Positions 17,844 through 26,163 of a stretch of DNA of 32,000 bases are shown piece after piece. Position 1 is the stretch's first letter. Every line of letters starts with the position of its first letter. A program made the translations under genes and the position numbers. The stretch is from Promethearchaeum syntrophicum. Lineage in GTDB: Archaea > Asgardarchaeota > Lokiarchaeia > Sigyniarchaeales > Promethearchaeaceae. The stretch covers positions 3,420,001 to 3,452,000 of the forward strand of contig NZ_CP042905.2 in the NCBI RefSeq assembly GCF_008000775.2, in the 5' to 3' direction. The notes beneath the pieces are model-generated. The model searched no databases and had not been told where the DNA came from. It worked only from the letters and a program-made list of their open reading frames with translations.

Positions 17844-20687
17844 ATGGATGCGTATAATTTATCTATTCAAGATATTTTCGAGCAATTAAAAACAAGTAAA
17901 GAAGGCTTAACTGAAGAAAAAGTCCAGAATATTAGAAAATTATCAGGAAACAACATTTTGCCAAAAAAGAAAGTCAATTTTTATCAGAAATACATTAAAC
18001 CATCCTTTAATTTGATGATTATTATTCTATTAATTGCCGCTTTTGCCCAATTGTACATGGCTTATTCTTCAAATGGAACTGCAGTAGACTACGTTTCCCC
18101 TATAATAATTCTTGTAATTCTGGGAATTAACATCATGATCGCTATGATTCAACAACGTAAAGTGGAGAAAACTCTTGAAGCTTTGGAACAGCTTACATCA
18201 TTCAAAGCAAATGTATTTCGAAATGGAACTATAGAAGAAATTGAAATGAAAAATTTAGTCCCTGGAGATATTTTAGAATTAAAACAAGGAGATTACATTG
18301 GAGCAGATTGTAGATTGTTTCAAGAAAATGATTTAACAATAATCGAATCAAACCTCACCGGGGAACCAACTGCAGTTGAAAAGATAACTGAAAAAATTGA
18401 AGGGTCTAATTTACCAATTCAAGATCAAAGAAATATGTTGTTTAGTTCCACATTTGTTACTTCTGGAAATGGGCGGGCGATTGTTACAGCAATTGGAACA
18501 GAAACACAAATAGGGATAATTTCCAAAGGAATAGCCACTAAGGAAAGTAGAGACATCCCTTTAAACAAAGCGATGAACAAAATGTCAACAGTGTTTGGTC
18601 TAATTGTTATCGGAATTATTATCTTAATTTTTCTTTATAGGTATTTCACTTTACCGGCTGATGAACTTCAGGGAGAAATTCCATGGTTGGTGAGTTTAGC
18701 TGTAGCAGCTATTCCTTTTAATTTTCCAATTATAACTACAATAATTTTATTAACGGGGGCATTGAAACTTGGTAAAAATCAAGCAATTGTTCGACATTTA
18801 AATTCAATCGAAACTATGGGAAGATTAAATTTTATTTGTTCAGATAAAACAGGGACACTTACACAAAATCAGATGACGGTTCAAAAAATATTCATTGATA
18901 ACAAAATATTAGAAGTAACCGGCGTTGGTTATAAAAATAACGGAGATATATTAAATAACGGTCAGAAATATATTGTAGAACAAAATAATAATTTAAAAAA
19001 CCTTGTTTTTAATGGAATGATCAATAACAATGCAGAATTTCGAGAAGAGACAATTTCACTTAAAAATGGTTCCACCCAGGTTATAAAAGTCGTGGGTTTG
19101 CCCACAGAAGGTGCTTTACTAACACTTGGGCAAAAAGCAGGATTTGATTATTCGAAGGTAAGATCTAATTATGAAATTATAAAGGAATTGAGCTTTACTT
19201 CAGAACGAAAAATTATGTCTAAAATTGTAAAATCTGAAGATAGTTATATATGCTTTTCTAAGGGTGCTCCTGAAAAAATACCCAAAATATGTGATTATAT
19301 ATTTGTAAAAAATAACCTTGTTCCCATTACAGAAGAATTAAAATTTGATATAATTCAAAAAATGGAGGATTTTGCTACTAAAGGATATCGAACTTTGGGT
19401 TTTGCCCAAAAACCTCTATCTTCAGACGATATTATGAATATAGAAAATATTAGCTATGAAGAAATTGAAAATCATTTGGTTTTTATTGGTTTTGTAGCAA
19501 TTTTAGACCCTCCTCGTAGTGATGTTAAACAAGCTATTAAAATCTGTCAAGGTGCTGGAATTAATATAGCAATGATTACAGGTGATCATTCTCTAACTGC
19601 AAAATCAATTGCAAAAGAGTTGAATATTTTTAAATTAGGAGACTATTCAGTAAGTGGAAACGAAATTAAAACTATAAGCACTGAAAAGATTGCACAAACG
19701 AGAGTTTTTTCTCGTGTTGCACCTGAAGATAAAGAAACAATAGTAAAAGCACTTCAACAAGAAGGATATATAGTTGCAATGACAGGTGATGGTGTTAATG
19801 ATGCTCTTGCTTTAGAAAATGCTGATGTAGGCATAGCAATGGGAATTTCTGGAACAGATGTAGCAAAAAATGCTGCAGATCTAATATTAACTGATGATAG
19901 CTTTTCTACCATTGAAACTGCTATTTTTCATGGCCGAGGGCTTTTTGGTAATATTCGGTCAAACATTGTATTTTTATTAGTAATTCTCTTCAGTGAAATG
20001 ATTGTTCTAAGCCTCGTTTATTTAATTTTTGATTATCAAATATTCAATCCACTGCAACTTGTAATTTTGTATGGTTCTATTCATTTCTTCCCTCCTTTTG
20101 GTTTGATGTTTGATAAATATGATGAAAGGATAATGAAAGAACCTCCTAAGGATCCAAAAGAGCCATTGATAAATAAAAAGTACCTGTTAATGATGATTCT
20201 TCAAATTACAACTATTGCAATAGTCATAATTACACTTTGGTTAATGATTATGAATGATGGAATCCCTATTTTTGACGAGAATCTAATTGATCCAAGGTTC
20301 ACACCACCATGGGATGTTGAGGGGGAAAGAATTGGATATGTCTTCGAACGATTGCCCTATAGTTTTTCAGATGAGGAAAACATTAATTTTGAATTATTGA
20401 GAGAATGGAAAGCTCAAACAGTTTGCCTTGTATCCTTATTTTTTTCAGAAATATGGATGGCATATGAAGCAAGATCAATTAAAGTAGGGATATTTAAAGG
20501 GTCAAAAAATATTACTTTATTCATTTTAATTGCATTTGTTGTGGGAATTCTTTTGTTGATAACAATCTGGGATTTTGCACAATATTATCTAGTGATCTTA
20601 ACATTATCTCCATGGGATTGGTTGATTGCATTTGGAGCTTCATTAATTGTTCTCATTGTATCTGAATTTTATAAAAAGATTGAGTAG
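17844..20687 (+). CDS. P-type ATPase, type II/III-like (SERCA-like scaffold); transported substrate unresolved.
   Basis: The family motifs are present: LTGEP (actuator TGES-type), ICSDKTGTLTQNQM (D at 18843..18845), KGAPE, LDPPR, MITGDH and MTGDGVNDALAL. Ten TM segments are predicted by eye. The M4 PEGLP motif is replaced by PFNFP (18711..18728). Confidence 0.9.
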   Translation: MDAYNLSIQDIFEQLKTSKEGLTEEKVQNIRKLSGNNILPKKKVNFYQKYIKPSFNLMIIILLIAAFAQLYMAYSSNGTAVDYVSPIIILVILGINIMIAMIQQRKVEKTLEALEQLTSFKANVFRNGTIEEIEMKNLVPGDILELKQGDYIGADCRLFQENDLTIIESNLTGEPTAVEKITEKIEGSNLPIQDQRNMLFSSTFVTSGNGRAIVTAIGTETQIGIISKGIATKESRDIPLNKAMNKMSTVFGLIVIGIIILIFLYRYFTLPADELQGEIPWLVSLAVAAIPFNFPIITTIILLTGALKLGKNQAIVRHLNSIETMGRLNFICSDKTGTLTQNQMTVQKIFIDNKILEVTGVGYKNNGDILNNGQKYIVEQNNNLKNLVFNGMINNNAEFREETISLKNGSTQVIKVVGLPTEGALLTLGQKAGFDYSKVRSNYEIIKELSFTSERKIMSKIVKSEDSYICFSKGAPEKIPKICDYIFVKNNLVPITEELKFDIIQKMEDFATKGYRTLGFAQKPLSSDDIMNIENISYEEIENHLVFIGFVAILDPPRSDVKQAIKICQGAGINIAMITGDHSLTAKSIAKELNIFKLGDYSVSGNEIKTISTEKIAQTRVFSRVAPEDKETIVKALQQEGYIVAMTGDGVNDALALENADVGIAMGISGTDVAKNAADLILTDDSFSTIETAIFHGRGLFGNIRSNIVFLLVILFSEMIVLSLVYLIFDYQIFNPLQLVILYGSIHFFPPFGLMFDKYDERIMKEPPKDPKEPLINKKYLLMMILQITTIAIVIITLWLMIMNDGIPIFDENLIDPRFTPPWDVEGERIGYVFERLPYSFSDEENINFELLREWKAQTVCLVSLFFSEIWMAYEARSIKVGIFKGSKNITLFILIAFVVGILLLITIWDFAQYYLVILTLSPWDWLIAFGASLIVLIVSEFYKKIE

Positions 20688-20709
20688 TTTTTTATTCCTT
20701 TTTTTTCCT

Positions 20710-20728
20710 CAGTCTTTAAGGTTATAAA
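20710..20728. repeat. IS left terminal inverted repeat.
   Basis: cagtctttaaggttataaa matches the reverse complement of 22168..22186 (cagtcttcaaggttataaa) with one mismatch. Confidence 0.85.
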
Positions 20729-22081
20729 TTAACTTTCAAAATATAACCTCCTTCTTTTTTTCTGTAAATATTTTAAATTATAACTCACTGATTGTTCAAT
20801 TAGATTATAGATCCTCCATTCTAATATCTCTAAAAACACAGCTAAAGTTCTCTTTGAGGCTTTAATTCCTGATTTTTCTGCTTCTCTTTTGAAATATTGC
20901 CAATTGTTATAAATTATTGCTCTCATATAGAGCTGAGATAATTGCACATTCGGATAATGATTCCGGAAACTTTTGTGAATATCATTCAACTTACTGAACC
21001 CCGTCTCTTCATTCCATCTTTTTTTATATGCTCGTGAAAGCCATTTAGCCCATCGTGAATGATTTTTCCAAGGTTTGAGAGTTGTAAAGAACCCTGCTAA
21101 CTGTTTTATTGCTTCATCGAACGTTAAAATACCTTGTCTGAATTGGCGCCGTATTTCGGTTGCTAATACATTTTTATGGCCAATAACGACAAAATTCACA
21201 TGAACCGAACTCGGCCATGGTTTTACCTTTTGGGTTTGTGAAAAGTGATAAACTGATACCAATGGACCTATTCCGAGCAAGAAATCTTTGATTTTTCTTT
21301 TAATTCCGGGATATTTCTTCGCGGGAATAAGAACTGGAAGTTTACAGGTTTTAAGATCTTTGATTAAGGCGGCGCGGTAAAATTCTCTATCCATGAGAGA
21401 ATAGGAAAGATTAATTCCCGACCACCTTATCCATTCTACCGAATGAGGGATGTTAAGACAACGATATTTCCCTTTTTGAAGTAAATAGAAATCAGTAAAC
21501 AATGTCATTCCAGATCCGTGAAGTGCATGCCCTTGAAACATGCGACAGAACCGAGTTCCTGGTTTTCGATTGGTTCCAATTTCAAAAAGCGAGTTGGGCT
21601 TGCCATAATATGCATATTCAGTGTTGTCAACTAAGAATCTGAGTTTTGATCCTCCGATACATCTAGCTTTAACCTTCAGTACAACGTTCATTAATAGATT
21701 TCCGAACAACATATTGACTTCTTTTTCAGATAACAATCTGAAAAATTTATCAACATCGGTTTGATGTGGTACTAAGCGCCGTTTACGAACTCCGTCTTGA
21801 AAATTTTTTGGTTTTAACTTGTATTTCTTGAAATATTGGAATATCAGCCATTTATTAAGGCGTTCCGAAGCTCTTTCTATCGGCGTCGAAGTTATTAAAG
21901 CATAAAATTTAACAAACACAAAATCTGCATATGAATAGAGCCTGGGCTTAAATCTTTTCGCGATTCCTAATCGAGTGACCAAACTGTTAACCAAAGATTT
22001 AAATTCTCCGAGGAGAAATATATCTTTAGGGAAAGGAAGGGTTTTCGATCTGGAAATCGAACGACTCCTTGCAATATTCAT
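20729..22081 (-). CDS. DDE transposase (IS4/ISH3-like, DDE_Tnp_1 type).
   Basis: Candidate catalytic triad contexts are FLVDNTEYAYYG, SLMDREFYRAALI...VLIPAKK and the Y-x2-R-x3-E motif YKKRWNEETGFSKLN. The gene lies inside the IR/TSD-bounded element. Confidence 0.85.
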   Translation of the reverse strand: MNIARSRSISRSKTLPFPKDIFLLGEFKSLVNSLVTRLGIAKRFKPRLYSYADFVFVKFYALITSTPIERASERLNKWLIFQYFKKYKLKPKNFQDGVRKRRLVPHQTDVDKFFRLLSEKEVNMLFGNLLMNVVLKVKARCIGGSKLRFLVDNTEYAYYGKPNSLFEIGTNRKPGTRFCRMFQGHALHGSGMTLFTDFYLLQKGKYRCLNIPHSVEWIRWSGINLSYSLMDREFYRAALIKDLKTCKLPVLIPAKKYPGIKRKIKDFLLGIGPLVSVYHFSQTQKVKPWPSSVHVNFVVIGHKNVLATEIRRQFRQGILTFDEAIKQLAGFFTTLKPWKNHSRWAKWLSRAYKKRWNEETGFSKLNDIHKSFRNHYPNVQLSQLYMRAIIYNNWQYFKREAEKSGIKASKRTLAVFLEILEWRIYNLIEQSVSYNLKYLQKKRRRLYFES

Positions 22082-22167
22082 AGATTATCATATAAATATT
22101 CTCCTTTCCCCTTTATATCTTCTATCGTTTTCATAGATTAGACTTAAGGACGTTTTTTGTCGTCGAG

Positions 22168-22186
22168 TTTATAACCTTGAAGACTG
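22168..22186. repeat. IS right terminal inverted repeat.
   Basis: tttataaccttgaagactg is the inverted copy of 20710..20728. It is followed directly by the TTTCCT target-site duplication. Confidence 0.85.
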
Positions 22187-22200
22187 TTTCCTCATTTTAA

Positions 22201-23052
22201 ATGAAAGTTAGATTAATTAGTCCGAATTTTATTAAATATATAGATATGACTGGAATTTTTAGAAATTCATCATTTTCCATTGAAGATTCAATTCTAACTA
22301 AGGATTTTACTCAAGAAAATTTATCAAAAATTAAGGATAAAATGAGAGAATTATTAAAAAAATCAAAAAGTAATAACAACTCAGTAGCAAAAGCTTTAGA
22401 AAAAATCGCACTGCTCTTAGTAGATGAAAATAAGGATATTAGAAAAATAACAGTTAATTTCTTTGAAGATCTTGATCAAGAACGATTTAAATTGCATACC
22501 ACAGAAGGTAATATTATCGCTCTTCTACCAGAATACCTTAAATCAAAGGTTCTTGAAGAACTCTTAAAAAAAGTACCTAATGGAGATAACAAATATAAGA
22601 TATTTGGAATATTTTGGTTAGGAATACTTGTATTTAAACCTGCTTTTCCATTTTTATTAAAATCACTCTCAGATCCCCATAAAAGAGTTGTTCGATCAGC
22701 AATTGTAGCATTGGGGATTTTCGGAGATACAAATGCAATTGATAAATTAACCCCATTTATATATGAGACCAAATTTATTCAAATTAGAAATAAAGCAATA
22801 GAATCAATCGGATCACTTGGAAACGATGGCCTCCAAGCATTAATACACCAACTTTATTTAAAGGGAGATGTGAATCCACCATTTTTAGAAACTCACATTA
22901 TGACCTTTGGAGGTCGTATAATGAACTTGCTTTCAATGGAAATAGAAATTGAATTGGATCCTCGGCGTAAAAAACTATTAATGAAATTTTTAAGAAAAGT
23001 TAGCGAGCATTATCAAGTAGAAATATCCCAAAATTTTAAGATTCTTCTTTAA
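22201..23052 (+). CDS. HEAT/PBS-lyase-like repeat protein.
   Basis: Helical repeats of the HEAT_2/PBS-lyase type recur: DPHKRVVRSAIVALGIFGDTNAIDKL and IQIRNKAIESIGSLGNDG. Confidence 0.65.
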   Translation: MKVRLISPNFIKYIDMTGIFRNSSFSIEDSILTKDFTQENLSKIKDKMRELLKKSKSNNNSVAKALEKIALLLVDENKDIRKITVNFFEDLDQERFKLHTTEGNIIALLPEYLKSKVLEELLKKVPNGDNKYKIFGIFWLGILVFKPAFPFLLKSLSDPHKRVVRSAIVALGIFGDTNAIDKLTPFIYETKFIQIRNKAIESIGSLGNDGLQALIHQLYLKGDVNPPFLETHIMTFGGRIMNLLSMEIEIELDPRRKKLLMKFLRKVSEHYQVEISQNFKILL

Positions 23053-23054
23053 TT

Positions 23055-24206
23055 TTGCTTAAATCTAAAATGCTTAAACCTAAAATTGGTAAAGAAATTT
23101 ATTTTTTCTTCTTTGCTATAGTTTGTTTTATTATTGGATTCGTGATTTTTTCTTTTAGGAAATATAATTCTCTGTTTTTTATTATATGTTCTCAAATTTA
23201 TTTCATCATATTTGGATCAATTAATCTTCTTTACACTATCAAGTCGCGCAATTCCCATTTGAAAAAGAAGATTAAAGGATTTTTAATAAATGAAATCTTG
23301 GTTGCGGTTGGATATTATATTTTAGCAATTATATACCCTTTTCTTTTCAATTTTGTAGAGAATACTTCTATTGAACAAATGTTGTATTTCCATTTATGGG
23401 ATTCATTAACCGTACACTTTTTTTGTTGGAAAATTTATCTCTATTTTGCAAAAAGAAACAATAGAAAATATAAAAGAGAAATGAATTACGTACAATGGAA
23501 AGAGCATTTCTTGGATAAATATTCGGAAATGGGCGAGTTTAAAAAGGATACAAAAAGAAAACTTGCACATTTCTACCCTGCTATAATAATTATTGGATGT
23601 TATTTTTTAGGAGAGGTTTTGGAGTCCTTTACAATCATATATGGAATTGATTCTCAATCTTTTAGTAAATATTGGCAACTTGCAATCGCTATTCATTTCT
23701 TATGGATGATTAATATTGCTGATCTATTTCGGCTAAACAAATTTGAGAAACTGGGAAAATTTGCTACTCGCTGGTTTGATAATTCGCTTCGTCCGACTGA
23801 ATTGGATACTTTTGCTCAAGGTTCAATTATGATATTATCATGGATTCCATTTTTCCTAGCGGATATTCAAATTTTATTAGCAATAGTCCTAATTAGTTCG
23901 ATTAGTGATGGAATAACGAGCATTATTGGTATAAAATTTGGTAAAACAATAATAAGAGGAACAACAAAGAAATTGGAAGGAACAATTGCGGGAACAATTA
24001 CAACTTATTTAATCGTAATTTTCATAAACTTATTTTTACCATTTCAAGGATTAATAAATCTCGAACTTCAGATAATCGCGTTATCTGCAGCAATTGGTTT
24101 TGCTTTAGTGGACATCTTTAGTAGAAAAATCACTGATAACTTCTTAAACCCCATAGTCACGGGCTCAATACTTTGGATCTTGCTTTTGATATTTCAGTCT
24201 TTTTAA
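23055..24206 (+). CDS. Polytopic membrane protein with a C-terminal polyprenol (dolichol/phytol) kinase / CTP-transferase-1-like domain.
   Basis: It has multiple TM helices. The C-terminal motif ISSISDGITSIIGIKFGKT...TKKLEGTIAG resembles the D..A..vG..fG....K(S/T).EGs.ag signature of dolichol kinase/CdsA-type enzymes, and TKRKLAHF lies upstream. The track start is TTG 23055; ATG 23070 is a likely alternative. Confidence 0.6.
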   Translation: MLKSKMLKPKIGKEIYFFFFAIVCFIIGFVIFSFRKYNSLFFIICSQIYFIIFGSINLLYTIKSRNSHLKKKIKGFLINEILVAVGYYILAIIYPFLFNFVENTSIEQMLYFHLWDSLTVHFFCWKIYLYFAKRNNRKYKREMNYVQWKEHFLDKYSEMGEFKKDTKRKLAHFYPAIIIIGCYFLGEVLESFTIIYGIDSQSFSKYWQLAIAIHFLWMINIADLFRLNKFEKLGKFATRWFDNSLRPTELDTFAQGSIMILSWIPFFLADIQILLAIVLISSISDGITSIIGIKFGKTIIRGTTKKLEGTIAGTITTYLIVIFINLFLPFQGLINLELQIIALSAAIGFALVDIFSRKITDNFLNPIVTGSILWILLLIFQSF

Positions 24207-24968
24207 TAATTTTTTAGCAGCAATTTTTTCAGATTGTTTTATAGTTGAAGCTTCTCCTTTAGCAGATATAATAGAATGAGAAGATAATTGAATAGAATAT
24301 TGAGATGTAAAAACTTTTTTATGAGGAGGACCCATTTCACTTATTAATTTTAAAGTGCTGCTTGGTAGTTTATTTTTTAAAATATATTCACTTAATTGAT
24401 TTTTTGGATTGTTTTGATTTTTATTTGTCAAATTTGGTACATAATCTCGATTTTTCATATCTTTGAGAATGTCATGGAATAAAAATTCAAATGATTGTTT
24501 ACAAAAATCATAAGAATTAAATCCGATTTCCTGATTATATTTAAAAATAGAACCAAAAATTGCTTCTATTGCATCTGCAAGTTGTTTATCATGAATAGAT
24601 ACACCTTCTCCTTTTAAAATAAGGGAATTTAGTCCAATTTTTTTACCCAATTTACCCAAAACCGAATTCGAGACAATTTCACTTCGTAATTGAGTATAAG
24701 TCCCTTCATTACCTTGAAAATGATCATATAACCAATCAAATGAAAGCAGATCTAAAACACTATCCCCCAATGCTTCTAACCTTTCATTAGATGGAGTAAC
24801 AGGATTAATTATATGATAAGAATCATGAGTAGTGGCAATATTTAGCCATTCTACTGTGATGGGTAGTTTATATTTTTCAATAAATTCTACTAATTGTTCC
24901 TTTCTACGGAGTTTCATTTGAGAACCTCTTTTAATTAACACTATATACTTTAAATTTGAGATGCCCAT
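24165..24968 (-). CDS. rnc: Ribonuclease III with a C-terminal dsRNA-binding domain.
   Basis: The RNase III signature NERLEALGDSVLDL and the second catalytic region LADAIEAIFGSIF are present. The C-terminal dsRBD-like region reads NPKNQLSEYILKN...PPHKKVFTSQYSI...KGEASTIKQSEKIAAKKLLKRL. AGAGGT lies 8 nt upstream of the internal ATG at 24917, so the probable true start is 24917 (MKLRRKEQ...). Confidence 0.88.
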   Translation of the reverse strand: MGISNLKYIVLIKRGSQMKLRRKEQLVEFIEKYKLPITVEWLNIATTHDSYHIINPVTPSNERLEALGDSVLDLLSFDWLYDHFQGNEGTYTQLRSEIVSNSVLGKLGKKIGLNSLILKGEGVSIHDKQLADAIEAIFGSIFKYNQEIGFNSYDFCKQSFEFLFHDILKDMKNRDYVPNLTNKNQNNPKNQLSEYILKNKLPSSTLKLISEMGPPHKKVFTSQYSIQLSSHSIISAKGEASTIKQSEKIAAKKLLKRLKYQKQDPKY

Positions 24969-25011
24969 TATATTTATTTAAATTGAATTTTATAAGTGTA
25001 AAGGATAAAAA

Positions 25012-25498
25012 ATGAATCTATTTTATAAAAAAAACGATCAAAAATATGAGGAAGCTACATTCGGGGTTTCTGAATTTGACATTATGTCATATTGGATAAT
25101 TATTAGAAAAAATTTTGAATTAAAATGCTGAATTTCATGAGAATGGATTTATACAAAAAATTTTTTTAAAGGATCTGGAAATATTTTAAAAAATTCAATG
25201 GGCGAAATTGGTTATTCAGAAGTATGAAATTAGTGTTTAAGTTGAAGAAATTTTAGCTACAAGAGATGAACAGATACCATGGATTATAACGGGAACACCT
25301 AAAACAACTGATAATAGTGATCTTTATGTATTTTTATGGGATGCATTTAATCCATACGACCCGCTAAATGATGATACAAAAGAGTGGTTTTCAAGATATT
25401 GGACGATTCAAGTATCCCAGACAGGAATTAACAAAATTCTCCCAAAATATGTTTTATTTGAATTTGATGAAGAATTATCTGCAGTTAAAAAAGAGTAA
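25012..25498 (+). pseudogene. Probable decayed gene, read as fragments in three different frames.
   Basis: A 39-codon ATG ORF (25012..25131) is followed by short stop-interrupted pieces. The last piece is an 85-codon stop-free segment (25241..25498, VEEILATRDEQIPWIITGTPK...FEFDEELSAVKKE) with no ATG/GTG/TTG start. An ATG at 25224 sits in a neighbouring frame across an aaatttt run. Confidence 0.3.
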
Positions 25499-25509
25499 AC
25501 AGAAAATTA

Positions 25510-26073
25510 TTATTTTTTATCAAAAATATAAGCGTTAATCAATCCACCCTTCTTAATTGTAACATTAAGGGATAAATCTCCCATAAATTCAACCGGATTA
25601 GTTGCATTTGGATGACCAGGATAACTTTTTCTTATTTTTTCTATACCCTCTTCAGTAAATTCAAAAATTACAATTTTTCCATAGGGTTTTGGTTTTATTA
25701 TGCGGATCATTTCTGAAAATGCTTTGAATTTATCTGAAAAATGATGGAAAGATCCATTAGCAAAAATTGCATCGAAATAACTATCTTCAAATGGTAAATT
25801 TTCAGCTTGAAAATTCTTAAAAGTAATTTTATCAAACACATTAATTTTTCGTGCATATGTTTGCCAATCTGCCCAATTGTGGCTTTCAGGTTCCCCGGTA
25901 ATTATTTTAAATCCTGAAAGTGCTAAAATGAATGCCATTTTTCCTCTACCTGTTCCAATATCTAAAATTAAAGAATCTGGCTCAAAATTAAGGTTTTTAA
26001 TTACATTTAACATAAAATCGAGATTCTCAGAAAATTTTTCTCCTAATATTCCGATTTTTTTTTTTAAACTCAA
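25510..26073 (-). CDS. Class I SAM-dependent methyltransferase.
   Basis: Motif I is ILDIGTGRGKMAFILA. The acidic post-I residue (ITGEP) and a FDAIFANGSFHH motif-IV-like region are present. The size (187 aa) is typical. Confidence 0.85.
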   Translation of the reverse strand: MSLKKKIGILGEKFSENLDFMLNVIKNLNFEPDSLILDIGTGRGKMAFILALSGFKIITGEPESHNWADWQTYARKINVFDKITFKNFQAENLPFEDSYFDAIFANGSFHHFSDKFKAFSEMIRIIKPKPYGKIVIFEFTEEGIEKIRKSYPGHPNATNPVEFMGDLSLNVTIKKGGLINAYIFDKK

Positions 26074-26163
26074 ATAATATCAAATATTTTATATTTTTGC
26101 GTCAATAATAAGATTAAGAATCCGAATTATAGGATTTTTTAAAATTATTGAGGATAAAATAAA

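Larger units (their letters stand above)
20710..22186 (-). mobile_element. Intact insertion sequence of the IS4/ISH3-like DDE family, 1477 bp.
   Basis: It contains a single 450-aa transposase gene. It is bounded by 19-bp terminal inverted repeats that match at 18/19 positions, and flanked by a direct TTTCCT duplication (20704..20709 and 22187..22192). Confidence 0.85.

Noticed and set aside
22476-22772. 98-aa minus-strand ORF.
   Set aside because: It is antisense within the HEAT-repeat gene.
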